Of a stretch of DNA of 64,000 nt, positions 9,901 to 19,152 are shown piece after piece. Every line of letters starts with the position of its first letter. Positions within the stretch are counted from its first letter, which is position 1. Source of the stretch: an uncultured bacterium (GTDB lineage: Bacteria > Verrucomicrobiota > Verrucomicrobiia > Verrucomicrobiales > DEV007); assembly GCA_963977015.1 (NCBI GenBank), contig CAXBMO010000022.1:1-64000 (forward strand), read 5' to 3'. The notes beneath the pieces were generated by a model. That model made no database searches. It was not told the DNA's origin and worked only from the letters and a program-made list of their open reading frames with translations. The position numbers and the translations under genes are program-made.

Positions 9901-10571
9901 GCGTTGCTTCCATCGGGATTCATCCGCAAACCGAAGCCGCCGACGTAGAGGCGATCGTCGAAACTCTTCTTTCCAATGCTCTTGGGATTCGCGCTGTAAT
10001 AAGAGCTCGCGTGAATCTTCCGCCCGTCCGCCATCGTGACATCCGCGCCAATATTCCCGTGATTCACATACCACTTGCCGCTCGGCCCTGGAACGACCTG
10101 GTGCAACGCGTGATCGTGAGTGGCGCCGTAAAATCCTTCGGCGAGAATGACCTCGGTATCGACCTCGGGATCAAAAACGTCATCGCGATTTACATCGGTG
10201 TAGACATGGATCTTCGGCGCCATGGAAACGACGATGACGTTGTCAAAAACACTGATCCCGAGCGGTTTCGAGCGAAATGTGGGTCCGAAAACCTTGGCGG
10301 AATCGGCACGCCCGTCGTGATCGGTATCCTCGAGGATTTTGATCCGGGCATGCACTTTGTTGTCACCGGATTGTTGAAGGTCTTCGGTCGCCCATACCCT
10401 TCCCTTCGCATCCACCGCGAGAGCGACCGGGCTGTGGATAAGGTCCGTTCCCGCCCAGAGTCGGGCCTCGAGGCCGGGTGCGACAGTGAAACTTTCCAGC
10501 ATCGTGCCTTGATCCGCTGAAACGGTGCAAAGCTGCAAGATTAGCGCAGCGAAAGGTAAAATCGTCTTCAT
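6912..10571 (-). CDS. PVC-type membrane-bound dehydrogenase / heme-binding CxxCH protein with HEAT repeats and a C-terminal DUF1080 domain
   Basis: N-terminal propeller (SPVALAVDAKGRVW, LEDTDHDGRAD), HEAT-like helices, CMMCH + GPNLT, DUF1080 motifs (GNSGVF, GIEVQVLD, EWNHY, GYLCLESEG, FRNLRL). Confidence 0.88.
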   Translation of the reverse strand: MKTILPFAALILQLCTVSADQGTMLESFTVAPGLEARLWAGTDLIHSPVALAVDAKGRVWATEDLQQSGDNKVHARIKILEDTDHDGRADSAKVFGPTFRSKPLGISVFDNVIVVSMAPKIHVYTDVNRDDVFDPEVDTEVILAEGFYGATHDHALHQVVPGPSGKWYVNHGNIGADVTMADGRKIHASSYYSANPKSIGKKSFDDRLYVGGFGLRMNPDGSNAEVIFQNARNTHAMLVTSFGDVLQADNDDPAHARAAWAMEHSNFGYAALEDGNRSWEDSAKSWEKKTVTEEVKQNAYERHSKSVLRRDEGHWREHFPGVTPPGNVWGPGGPTGDYMIEGDELGEEYRGSYLVCETVHRAVFRFRPELRDAQVELVDLEKDFFATDRASENESAAAFLPTDVAGATDGALFVSDWNSGTNARNSGNGEGAIFRIARKGQSVNPPEIDFNTTKGLLEALKSPAPGVRWVAQDRLKKTEDVYPDIAAFFEVNTANPYYQARAVFLLAQLDDEQATADVKELLESDDPQWRITAFRALRFGERESLLPLVEQLADDPYPAVRREILAVMRDMEFEEIRESLETLIAGYDGQNRWYLEALGAVFDEHRDAVYEQIVKLQQPDPTQWNERQQNLAWRLRSPAALADLADCILAQEPAPATFRRLAYTYGLCYTDTERKQNLETMKRFQSHEAFGGEDYQQTITEFLEKDISDPDPEPLTQSYLFPTKFGVTTEMGSIEEIAALEPNLDSGRAKATLCMMCHQIGAGGVPFGPNLTNWGQVRDLDSVIKALVDPSAELAHGYDKPVIVTQNGHRLEGVSRGFSWHAGAIRVKTMGGATLKVPFRRPKAEIEYPENHSWMPSAADMGLSSQDVRDIAAYLMGDIAGEVDSGLTAELKPEFSRGEGPGWVELTGEDFHNVSCFPDTWRWEGSHAWCTGKPTGVIRYTHPLTNFEFSCEWMHKKHGGNSGVFVWASPESLNAVMKQGRGLPQGIEVQVLDLGYREVYEKQFNKKGDWFTSHGDVFTVGGGVKMKPFPPVGPRGRRSFPSKETTKGINEWNHYYIRAIDGVVRLWVNGEEVSGGEDISPAKGYLCLESEGAPVEFRNLRLRVLPPFETKMEVPLDQLPEAGGSAGAKGNAAPRTNPKMKPVPLEKGHNLLGTWTYLDTYSREFTEDGRCILRNGREVIWEKPVTEATPTSAKVEGKYSHVLEGDLLKIEGRYEARRK

Positions 10572-10826
10572 ATTTCTGAGAGTCGGATGCGAAGGTGCGA
10601 ATCCACATCAACTTCGATCCAAGAGTTATCTAACTCTCCGCGGAAGAGGGAAAGTGTAACAAATTACCGAACAAATATTCAAATTCGGCCTGACACAACG
10701 ATGGGCAATCTTCGGCAGCGAAGCCCACCGTAGACAGAATGGAATGAGACTGACGGTGCCCCAAACTGACAGAGGCGCCATCGCATTTCTTGAACAATTC
10801 CTCCAACCGCCTCATGTTCCGAATCT

Positions 10827-13800
10827 ATGAATTGGGACCGTCGACAATTTCTCACAGCTTCAATTTCGGCCCCAATGATCGGGGGGATCGAGAGTCTTGA
10901 CGCTGTGCCGTCTCCTGCCAATGCCGCCGAGATACTGATCGACTCCTGGCCAACGCCGGAAACACTTTACGCGGGATTGCTGCGCCCGCTCGCAATTCCA
11001 ATTCCCCTTCCTTCCCGCATTTTTGGCGGCGATGCGAATGCTCTGATCGAAGCTGGCACGACACCGTTGCCCAATGAGGTCGACCTTTCCCGGCGCTACT
11101 TTGCCGCTTTTCTGAAATTGCGTGGCCCCGTTAAAGGTCGCTCCGGTGGACGTGCCCTGCCCATGTTGCACCCGGACAAGTTCGAGCCGGAGCAGTCTGT
11201 TCAATTCTACATCGGTCTCTTAGGCGGAGATGCTCCCGCGATCAGCCGCAAAGGAAAAGGCGGATGCCCGTGGTGTGAAAAACCGTTCGCAGGACTGACG
11301 ATGACGGGGACCGATGAATCTTCTTTTCACGCCGAATGCTGTCGAACCTCTCCGACTGAAAAGCCGAAGTCACCGGTCGGTGCCGAGCTGGTGATCGAGG
11401 AGGAATTCGCGGCGGCCCGCTGGCGATTTTTGATCGATCAACTCAGCGGGATCATCGCCACCGTCCTTCTCGACACCGGATCACAGCAAAACCCGGGCGC
11501 GAAAGCAGTGCTGATTGCGCTGGTAAAGGCGCTTCCAAATTTTCTCGAGCGTCAGCCGTGGCAACATGCGTCCCAGGAAGACGGCCTCGCGAGACGGGGT
11601 GACTTTCCTGCTGAAGCATTGCCGAAATCAAGCCAAGCTCTCCCGCCGAACGAAATTCCCGACGCGAAGGAGATCGAGCATTTCATCGAGTTCTGCTCGT
11701 CATCCCCCTTGGAATCGATTCCCACTGAAGAATCGGACGCCGCCCTTCATCGAGCGTTGTTCGACCGGAGCGAACTGGCCCTACTGGCGGAGGCCTTCGG
11801 CGCCGTCGCAAATGATCTTGAAGCTGAAACAAGAGCCAATGTCACAGCGGCGTTGAGGCGTCAGTTCTGCCTGATTCGCCACCTGCCGCAGCCGGGTGGA
11901 AACTTTCCCGGCTACACTCTGCCGATGAGCCTTTCGATCGCGATCGGTAGCGCTGACGACGATCTCTTTCAGCATCTTCTCGAATTCCTGCGTCACTATC
12001 TGCACAATCACTTCTACGATGATGGCATGTCGGTGGAGGGTGCCTTCAATTATGCGGTGATGTTGTCCGGTTTCTACCTGCCGGAATTTCGCGACCGTCT
12101 GGGAGAAAACACCTGGGCTGAGCTGATCGAGCGACGCCCGTTGTTGGCTCGTTTTGAGGAGATCGGTTGTTATCCGATCCAGACGCTCCACGGAATCGAA
12201 AGCCAGCACAGCGACGAGCACCTCGGCTTTTTCCGGTCCATCAACCTCGCCGCGAGAAATGCCCCGGATCCTGACGAATCACCAAAGGATACCTCATCCT
12301 GTTTTCCCTCCTACGGGATCGGCAGTTTTCGTGCCGGGGAGCCGGGCGCCCGGTTGGAGGCGATCATGGACTATCGGTCCGGAGTGTTGCATACGCATGC
12401 AGCCCGGCTCAATGTCCAACTGTTCTTCGAAGGCGTCAGTCTCATGCCCGAACTGGGCTACGCCGCGCCCGCAGGCCTCGCTGATCCGAGTGAGGTGCCG
12501 GAGGAAATCCGCTCCCGCCTCCCTCTGACGGAAATGCGGCCCTGGTTTACCAATGCCCTGGAGGTGCACTGCGCTCCGACGATCGACGGTCACCAGGGCA
12601 ACAGTCCTCATGGACATCTTCAAGGGTGGTTTCCGGGAGGAGATGCTGAATCCGTCGGAGCCGGATTGCATTTCATGGATGTCGCTCTGCCCCCGGAGAA
12701 TTTCGAAACCTTCCCCGGCAATATCGATCGATGTGAACGGCAGTGGATGCTGGTGGATCTGCCCGGTGGCAGCCCCGTCGCAATCAGCATTTGTCGCTTG
12801 TCGGGCGGCCGCCGTCACGATCTCTGGTGGCACTTTCCTGCGCCCGCGGTGAAGCCCTGCTCCCCGGTGAATGCCACCGCTGATAACCTCTTTGATCATC
12901 TGAAGGAAACCGTTGCCACTCCGCCGCCATTCGCGCGTGACCTCGAAGATCGGACCGGCACATTTTCCCTGCATGCTAAGAAGTTCGGTCGGGGGAAGGA
13001 GCTCGTCTACGGCGAGGATTCCCGAGAACTGAAACAGGTCCGGGCCTGGCCCGCATCGGAGAACGCTGTCGACGAGCATCGCTGGCAAATCGATCCGGCG
13101 AGTTACGTGGTCGGCTTCGAGCGCGAACCCGAACCGTGGCTGCGTGATCCGATTGAGGTTCATCTGTGGAGCGCTACGACCGGTTCTCCTGCCCGAAAGC
13201 GCTTTCTTGGGTCACGCGCTCCCTGGCCTGCTCTCGTCCCGTTGGAGAAATACCGGCAGCGAACAATCTGCCGCGACGATGCGCTCGATGTGTTCACCTC
13301 GCAACGCGAAGCTACCGGAGATGAGCCGCTTGAGTCTCTCTTCGTCGATGTGCTGTCCGCCCGACATCCGGAGAAAACCGGCACGCTCCCGGTTCGTTCT
13401 GTCGACGTGTTGAAAAATGAGCACGCCGGTCCCACCGCCCGATTCGGCGCGGGAATCCGGATCGAGACCGGTTCCGGTGCATCCTGCCTCGTCCTGTCGA
13501 ACGGAAGTGGTTCAGATCATTTCCAGAACAAACAACACCGCGCTGAACTGCGTGGAAGAGCGGGAAAAATCTGCCGCGAAACACTGGAAGTGATTCTGGT
13601 CGATGGTGAACACCTTCGCGGCCAAGGATTTGAGCTGACCCTCGCTCCTGGATGGGACATGCCCCTGACCGGACTGATCGGAGACCTCACCGGCCATCCC
13701 GATACCAGCGCCTTGATTGTCTCTTCGGAAACTTCTTTGCCTTCTCACCTGGCCGGAACCCGGCTGTTTGTGGATCACGCCGCCAGTCCGGCTCATCAGT

Positions 13801-14333
13801 CCTGCTACGAAATCGCTTCCATCGCGGATCAGGGAAACGGTCATCATCGGATCGATCTGGCCGGCAGTCCGCCCTTCGCTCTCGCCAACCTACGAGTCAC
13901 GAAGCGCAGTAAAAACTGGATTGGGGTCCCAGAGAATCAACGTTTTGCTCCCAACCGACCGGTTTCCGAGAATCGCATCGCCTATTTCCCGTCCGCTGAT
14001 TTCACGACCCGTCAAGTCCTCGCCACTCCGGGCGGCTCCGGGAAATGGATTTCCTTCGGAATCCGATTCGCCGACGACCTGCCGGCTTCAATTAAGCCCG
14101 GAGACCCTGTCATTCTCTACTCGATCCAGCCGGGCGACCGAGTCCGCATCCCGTCCTTCTTTTCCTGTCGAAAAGTCGGCAGCAAGCTCCTCATCGAATC
14201 GAGTGGCGAAGCAACATTAACACTGCCCCTAGCACAGCGGTTTACATTCGTCCCGGAAAGGATCGATGTGAAGACCGAGGGAAGTTCCACCCGCCTCCAC
14301 CTTCCCGCAGGAAAATTCTCGCTCGAAATGTGA
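10827..14333 (+). CDS. Tat-exported heparinase II/III-like protein (putative polysaccharide lyase)
   Basis: RRQFL twin-arginine signal; DGMSVEGAFNY helix-barrel motif; HTHAARLNVQLF...PELGY resembling the heparinase II/III HxHxD...GY region. Confidence 0.6.
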   Translation: MNWDRRQFLTASISAPMIGGIESLDAVPSPANAAEILIDSWPTPETLYAGLLRPLAIPIPLPSRIFGGDANALIEAGTTPLPNEVDLSRRYFAAFLKLRGPVKGRSGGRALPMLHPDKFEPEQSVQFYIGLLGGDAPAISRKGKGGCPWCEKPFAGLTMTGTDESSFHAECCRTSPTEKPKSPVGAELVIEEEFAAARWRFLIDQLSGIIATVLLDTGSQQNPGAKAVLIALVKALPNFLERQPWQHASQEDGLARRGDFPAEALPKSSQALPPNEIPDAKEIEHFIEFCSSSPLESIPTEESDAALHRALFDRSELALLAEAFGAVANDLEAETRANVTAALRRQFCLIRHLPQPGGNFPGYTLPMSLSIAIGSADDDLFQHLLEFLRHYLHNHFYDDGMSVEGAFNYAVMLSGFYLPEFRDRLGENTWAELIERRPLLARFEEIGCYPIQTLHGIESQHSDEHLGFFRSINLAARNAPDPDESPKDTSSCFPSYGIGSFRAGEPGARLEAIMDYRSGVLHTHAARLNVQLFFEGVSLMPELGYAAPAGLADPSEVPEEIRSRLPLTEMRPWFTNALEVHCAPTIDGHQGNSPHGHLQGWFPGGDAESVGAGLHFMDVALPPENFETFPGNIDRCERQWMLVDLPGGSPVAISICRLSGGRRHDLWWHFPAPAVKPCSPVNATADNLFDHLKETVATPPPFARDLEDRTGTFSLHAKKFGRGKELVYGEDSRELKQVRAWPASENAVDEHRWQIDPASYVVGFEREPEPWLRDPIEVHLWSATTGSPARKRFLGSRAPWPALVPLEKYRQRTICRDDALDVFTSQREATGDEPLESLFVDVLSARHPEKTGTLPVRSVDVLKNEHAGPTARFGAGIRIETGSGASCLVLSNGSGSDHFQNKQHRAELRGRAGKICRETLEVILVDGEHLRGQGFELTLAPGWDMPLTGLIGDLTGHPDTSALIVSSETSLPSHLAGTRLFVDHAASPAHQSCYEIASIADQGNGHHRIDLAGSPPFALANLRVTKRSKNWIGVPENQRFAPNRPVSENRIAYFPSADFTTRQVLATPGGSGKWISFGIRFADDLPASIKPGDPVILYSIQPGDRVRIPSFFSCRKVGSKLLIESSGEATLTLPLAQRFTFVPERIDVKTEGSSTRLHLPAGKFSLEM

Positions 14334-14375
14334 GGTTTCGAACCTTGAAACTTTAACGGTTCGCCCCCGGTCCGC

Positions 14376-14409
14376 CCTGACTCAACAGGGTCAGGGGATC
14401 CTTGGGATC
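14376..14409. terminator. Hairpins between convergent genes (possible terminator)
   Basis: CCCTGACTC-AACA-GGGTCAGGG stem (one G-U pair) followed by GATCC-TTG-GGATC; no clear U-tract. Confidence 0.3.
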
Positions 14410-14470
14410 AGGCCCCGCAAACTTTCCACGGGTTCCAAACACCTCCGCGAAGGCCGAAACTGAAATCCCC

Positions 14471-15805
14471 CTAATCTCCTTCAATCCGGTAGAGATGATG
14501 CCGGGTGCGCAGAAACATGGCATTCCCAACCACGGCGGGAGAGGCCATGAATCCGGGACCACGCCGCGGATCGTCGAGCGGTGCATCGGTCGCGAGTTCA
14601 TTCGTCGCGAGGACCTTGAACTCGCGGCCCGGCTCGATCACGGTGGTCATCCCTTCGAGGCTGAAGAAATACAGTTTCCCGTCCGCCAGGATCGGGCAGG
14701 CGCGGTATTTGCCGCCAGCCCTCCCCTTCCAAACCATTTCCCCGGTCTTTGCGTCCACGCAGACGATGAAGCTGTCGTCCATCGCGAAGTAGACGAGGTC
14801 ATCGACGACGATTGGTGACGAGTACTTGGGAAAGGACTTATCGATTTTCCAATTCACATGGGTGTCATTCACGACGCCTTTACCACCGGCCTTCACGGAC
14901 ATCATTTCTGCGCCTTTGCTAAATCCGGTGACGATGATGAAATTCCCGTCGTAAAACACCGGGCGGGGCGAAGCGGAATAGGCTTCGTGTTCCACCCGCC
15001 ACAATTCTTCTCCAGTCCGGGGATCGTAGCCGTAGGCCGCCTTGGCACCGGTGCTGCACATCACCGGTTTTCCATCGATAACCACAATCAGCGGTGTGCT
15101 GTGGGCTTTGCGCCAGTCCCCGTCTTTCACCATCTGCTTGTCGATGTGCTCGTCGTTCCAAGCCACGGATCGATCGGTCTTCCAGACGGTTTTCCCCGTC
15201 TCCTTGTCGAGAGCAACCAGATACTGCAGGTCTGCGCCGTCGAAGGTCAGGATCAAGAGATCTTCAAAAAGCACGGGAGACGAGGAGGCACCCCGGTAGT
15301 GCCAGCACTTCAGGTCATCGCGCTTCCAGATTACTTCTCGGGTTTTGGTGTCGAGACAGGCGGTTCCGACGTTGCCATAATGAACGTAGACGCGACCGGG
15401 TTCGATGACCGCTGATGGGGTGGCGTAGCTGTTGTCCTTCGTTCCGTTGCCCATGTCTTGAGGATCGTCGCTGTGGAACAATTTCTCGTTGGCAATGATT
15501 TCGCCGGTCGTCGCATCCACGCAGAGCGCGTAGGAATCGTGACCTTCGACCGTCGCTGTCGTCAGCCAGATCTGGTTATCCAAGACGATCGGTGAGGACA
15601 ATCCGAGGAGCGGGATTTCTGTTTTCCACTTCACGTTCTCGGTTTCGCTCCAACTCGATGGTAACCCGGCATCGCCTACGTGGCCTTCCTGGCTTGGCCC
15701 ACGAAAGTCCGGCCAACTATCGGCGGCGGATAGCGAAAGCGAGAAAGCGACACTGACGAGCAGAAGTGAGCAGGAACGTTGAACCAACGACAAGGGGGTT
15801 ATCAT
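14471..15805 (-). CDS. PQQ-binding-like beta-propeller repeat protein (PVC-type)
   Basis: WPDFRGP, WSETENVKWK, SSPIV, ASSSPV, ALDKETGKTVWK, ASPAV repeats; start at ATG 15805 supported by the promoter upstream. Confidence 0.9.
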   Translation of the reverse strand: MITPLSLVQRSCSLLLVSVAFSLSLSAADSWPDFRGPSQEGHVGDAGLPSSWSETENVKWKTEIPLLGLSSPIVLDNQIWLTTATVEGHDSYALCVDATTGEIIANEKLFHSDDPQDMGNGTKDNSYATPSAVIEPGRVYVHYGNVGTACLDTKTREVIWKRDDLKCWHYRGASSSPVLFEDLLILTFDGADLQYLVALDKETGKTVWKTDRSVAWNDEHIDKQMVKDGDWRKAHSTPLIVVIDGKPVMCSTGAKAAYGYDPRTGEELWRVEHEAYSASPRPVFYDGNFIIVTGFSKGAEMMSVKAGGKGVVNDTHVNWKIDKSFPKYSSPIVVDDLVYFAMDDSFIVCVDAKTGEMVWKGRAGGKYRACPILADGKLYFFSLEGMTTVIEPGREFKVLATNELATDAPLDDPRRGPGFMASPAVVGNAMFLRTRHHLYRIEGD

Positions 15806-15811
15806 GCGCGT

Positions 15812-15840
15812 AAACTGACGTGCCAACCGGAGGCTGTCAA
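15812..15840 (-). promoter_or_regulatory. Sigma70-type promoter, probably leaderless
   Basis: Minus strand reads TTGACA-N17-CAGTTT-N6-ATG(15805). Confidence 0.6.
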
Positions 15841-16004
15841 TCATCACTACCTGCCTCACCGGGAAATCGGATCAGCATCGCAAGTGGTGGGTCCACGACT
15901 CAAAAACTGAATTAGCCGGTCATTCAGAATGTTTCGCAGTCGGGGAAGGGGCCCGATGGTCACGATAGCGTTATTGCGAATTCGTGTCGCCGCTGGCCAC
16001 GTCT

Positions 16005-16538
16005 TCACTCTTTGATGACCCATTCTTTGAGACTCCGCTCGGTGCTGGCGTGAGGCTTCAAAGTCAGAACCCGAGACATGTAAGGCCCGGCGGCTTCGCT
16101 CTCGCCGCCAACCGCAAGGCAGAGAGTCGAGTCCTCTTGCGGACGAAACTCACCGCTTTCTTTGTCATAGGTGAACTTTTGATCGGGGGATGTCGGGTCG
16201 CTTTTCACGAGGCCTAACGTCATCCCTTGCCGGGGGCCACCGACCATCGCCGCGCAAAAACCAGGGTAGGCTACGGAGCAAATTTGAAGGGTTTCTGAAT
16301 CGTAGCGAAACAACACATCGTCTCCTTCCGGCTTGCAGGAGTGGGCATGCAGAGTCTCACTGAAGCCTCGTCCCTCGGTGTCGATACACCATCCCAGTTT
16401 GTCTTTTTCATCAAGATTGTCAGCCAAGTGGATAATGGGACCTGACGTCTGAATCACAGGCGCGTTTGTCTTCGGTGCGGCGCCACAACCGATAAGGGAG
16501 AGTGCCAGCAGAAGTAGGATAGATTGCTTCATCGTCAT
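16005..16538 (-). CDS. Ricin-type beta-trefoil lectin-domain lipoprotein
   Basis: Lipobox SLIGC; WCID, HSCKP, QKFTY, LCLAV and terminal KEW trefoil-like motifs. Confidence 0.7.
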   Translation of the reverse strand: MTMKQSILLLLALSLIGCGAAPKTNAPVIQTSGPIIHLADNLDEKDKLGWCIDTEGRGFSETLHAHSCKPEGDDVLFRYDSETLQICSVAYPGFCAAMVGGPRQGMTLGLVKSDPTSPDQKFTYDKESGEFRPQEDSTLCLAVGGESEAAGPYMSRVLTLKPHASTERSLKEWVIKE

Positions 16539-16608
16539 TTTTTTGAGAGGTAAAGATTGCTTTGTGAGGGTGAATCAAGTCAGGGATTCACGCATGATCA
16601 TTTGAACG

Positions 16609-17013
16609 TCAGCTATTCCTCCTGCTGCGTAGCCGGTCGATACTCCATTCGCCGCCTCCAGCTGAAGACAGATACAGATAGACGAAACAGTATAGCACGG
16701 CGAGCTCGCCTCCGTTGATCATCGGGAAGAAACCTTTCGGAGCGTGAGCCATGAAATAGGCGAATGCCATGAGGCCGGAAAGGATGAAGGCGGTCGGTCG
16801 GGTAAACAACCCGATAGCGAGGAGCAATCCTCCAGCCAACTCCAACACGCCAGCGACGCCGGTCATCGAGAAAAGTTCGAACGGAGCCTTCGCTGTGCCC
16901 GGGAATCCGAGCACTTTCTGCCCCCCGTGTTGCATCATCAGCAAGCCGGAAAAAATCCGCAGAATGCTGAGTAGCTTGCCGTTCCAACTGGAGAAGATTT
17001 TCAGGGTGTTCAT
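16609..17013 (-). CDS. DoxX family membrane protein
   Basis: LRIFSGLLMMQHGGQK, ELAGG, GLFTRPTAF, NGGELA, GGGEWSID. Confidence 0.92.
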   Translation of the reverse strand: MNTLKIFSSWNGKLLSILRIFSGLLMMQHGGQKVLGFPGTAKAPFELFSMTGVAGVLELAGGLLLAIGLFTRPTAFILSGLMAFAYFMAHAPKGFFPMINGGELAVLYCFVYLYLSSAGGGEWSIDRLRSRRNS

Positions 17014-17076
17014 CGTGTGATCGAGCCAAAGCCTGCATCGGTCCAGCCGGACCGAATGTTTTGGCGAACCAAGCAG

Positions 17077-17123
17077 ATTTAAATAATCATTTCAAATTAC
17101 TATTTCAAATGTTAATTTGAATT
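17077..17123. promoter_or_regulatory. Array of TetR operator-like repeats
   Basis: ATTT(C/G)AA-type units at 17077, 17089, 17102 and 17115; perfect TTCAAAT-N4-ATTTGAA at 17104-17121. Confidence 0.65.
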
Positions 17124-17142
17124 TCTCCAGATTTCGAGTTTC

Positions 17143-17787
17143 ATGCTTCCAATGGCACGAAAAACGACCAAAGAACTCATCCTGAATGCCGCGATGGAAG
17201 TCTTCGCGACGAAGGAATTCCATGTTGCGACGCTCGGGGAGATCTGTGATCTGGCGGGGGCGAACTGCGCGGCGGGGAACTACCATTTCGGTTCGAAAGA
17301 GGCGCTGTTGAACCAGGCTATCTGGCACGCGTTCGACATTGCCGAAAGCCGCTATCCGTTGGGCGGGGGGCTCGATGCTTCGGCAGCTCCAGAAGAGAGG
17401 CTCAAGGCGTTTATGGGGGCGATTATTTCGCGCAGTTTCGATCCGGGACCGGCTGGTTACTTCGAGCGGATCATCGGGCATGTGATGACGAGTTACTCCA
17501 GGGGCAAGGACGAAGCGTTTAGTAAGATCCGCCAAGCTCACGAAGCCGTCCTGTTTCCGCTTCTCAGTGAAATGATCGAATTCCGCGACGAGGCTGAACG
17601 GACTCAAGCGGGAATCGCGATCATCGCACTCTGTGTCTTTCAGAATACCGCACCCGGTTTGCGCGAGAGGCTTTTTCCCGACGGCCCGGATGGGAAGCCG
17701 CTGCAACGCTACATCGAGGATCGCACCCGTTTTGCTCTCGCCGGCCTCGCAACCTATCCCCCCGCAAAATCGCCATGCGTAAAGTAG
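17143..17787 (+). CDS. TetR/AcrR family regulator (CecR/DUF1956-like)
   Basis: ILNAAMEVFA...TLGEICDLAGANCAAGNYHFGSKEAL HTH; PEERLKAF; sits directly ahead of an efflux operon. Confidence 0.88.
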   Translation: MLPMARKTTKELILNAAMEVFATKEFHVATLGEICDLAGANCAAGNYHFGSKEALLNQAIWHAFDIAESRYPLGGGLDASAAPEERLKAFMGAIISRSFDPGPAGYFERIIGHVMTSYSRGKDEAFSKIRQAHEAVLFPLLSEMIEFRDEAERTQAGIAIIALCVFQNTAPGLRERLFPDGPDGKPLQRYIEDRTRFALAGLATYPPAKSPCVK

Positions 17788-19145
17788 GATGCATCGCCCT
17801 CGTCGGGGGCCTGGGGCTCAGCCTGCTGGGCAGTTGCGCCAGCGTTCCACCGGCGGCCGAAAGGGCCGACAAGACGGGCGCTTCGCTGCGCGGATCCTAC
17901 TCGGCCAGCGCCATGCCGGACATGGAGCTGCAGAATTCCCTGCTGTCGTTGTTCTCTGACAAACAGCTCAGTGCCACGGTGAACCGCGCCTTGGAGCGCA
18001 ACCCTGATCTGAAAGTGGCGCGTGGCAGGCTGGAAGAGGCCGGTTACAATCTGCGGAAAGCGCGCGGTGGTCTATTTCCTTCGATTGGCGGATCGGGATC
18101 GGCTGCCCGTGACCAGGCGGTCGGTGGCAGCCGGGCAACCACCTTCTATGCGGGTCTCGACGCCTCGTGGGAGGTCGATGTCTGGGGGCGAATCGGTTCC
18201 GGTGTGTCGGCAGCGGAGGCCGACGAGGCATCGCTGGCCGCGGACTACGCGGCTGCGCGGCAGTCGCTGATCGCCCAGACGATGCAGGCCTGGTTCGAAC
18301 TGGTGGGCGCCGAGCGCAGCCTGCAGCTCAACCAGCGCCGGGTGACTTCCCTGGCATCGACCCAGAAGATCGTTGATCGCCGTTTCGAAGCGGGTCAGGC
18401 CTCGCTCGCTGATACCAACCTATCGAAAACCGATCTCGAGAATGCCCGCGCCGACCTGGCCGCCACTCTCGACCGCCGCGACCAGGCTGCCCGCCAGGTG
18501 CGCATCCTCACCGGCGACTACCCGGATGCCAACCTCTCCGCGTCATCATGGCCGTCGTTGAAGCGCAGCGTCCGCGCTGGCGTTCCTTCCGATCTGTTGC
18601 GCCAACGACCCGACATCGCCGCCGCCTACCAGGACATTCTCGCCGCGGACGCGCGCGTGAAGGTTGCCCATGCCGACCTGTTTCCTTCCTTCGTGCTCAC
18701 CGCATCGAATGGCCAATTGAGCAGCAAGCTCGCGGATCTGGCGAGCTCAGGCTTCAATACCTGGTCGCTCCTCGCCGGTATATCCGCACCGATTTTCGAA
18801 GGAGGTCAACGCCGCGCCGAGCTTGGCGCAGCCGGCAAACGTGCCGAGCAGGCTCTCCACAGCTACCAGAGCATAGTCCTCACCGCACTGCGCGAAGTCG
18901 AGGACGCCCTTGGCTCCGAGCACTATCTCGCCCGGGAAGAAAAGTCCCGTTTCGCCGCGCTCGAAGCGGCAAACCGAGCCTACGACCGCTCGCTGCGCGA
19001 CTACGAGGCAGGCATCACCGACTTGCTCTCACTGCTGGAATCGCAACGCAGTGTCTTTTCGACTGAGCAACAAACCATCGATCTCCGAACCTCACGCCTC
19101 AGCAACCGCGTCGCCCTGGCACTTGCATTGGGGAAAGCCGAATAA
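17775..19145 (+). CDS. Efflux outer-membrane channel lipoprotein (NodT/OprM/TolC family)
   Basis: Lipobox LLGSC; ALERNPDL, SWEVDVWG, PSDLLRQRPDI, ALREVEDAL. Confidence 0.93.
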   Translation: MRKVGCIALVGGLGLSLLGSCASVPPAAERADKTGASLRGSYSASAMPDMELQNSLLSLFSDKQLSATVNRALERNPDLKVARGRLEEAGYNLRKARGGLFPSIGGSGSAARDQAVGGSRATTFYAGLDASWEVDVWGRIGSGVSAAEADEASLAADYAAARQSLIAQTMQAWFELVGAERSLQLNQRRVTSLASTQKIVDRRFEAGQASLADTNLSKTDLENARADLAATLDRRDQAARQVRILTGDYPDANLSASSWPSLKRSVRAGVPSDLLRQRPDIAAAYQDILAADARVKVAHADLFPSFVLTASNGQLSSKLADLASSGFNTWSLLAGISAPIFEGGQRRAELGAAGKRAEQALHSYQSIVLTALREVEDALGSEHYLAREEKSRFAALEAANRAYDRSLRDYEAGITDLLSLLESQRSVFSTEQQTIDLRTSRLSNRVALALALGKAE

Positions 19146-19152
19146 CGTTTCC

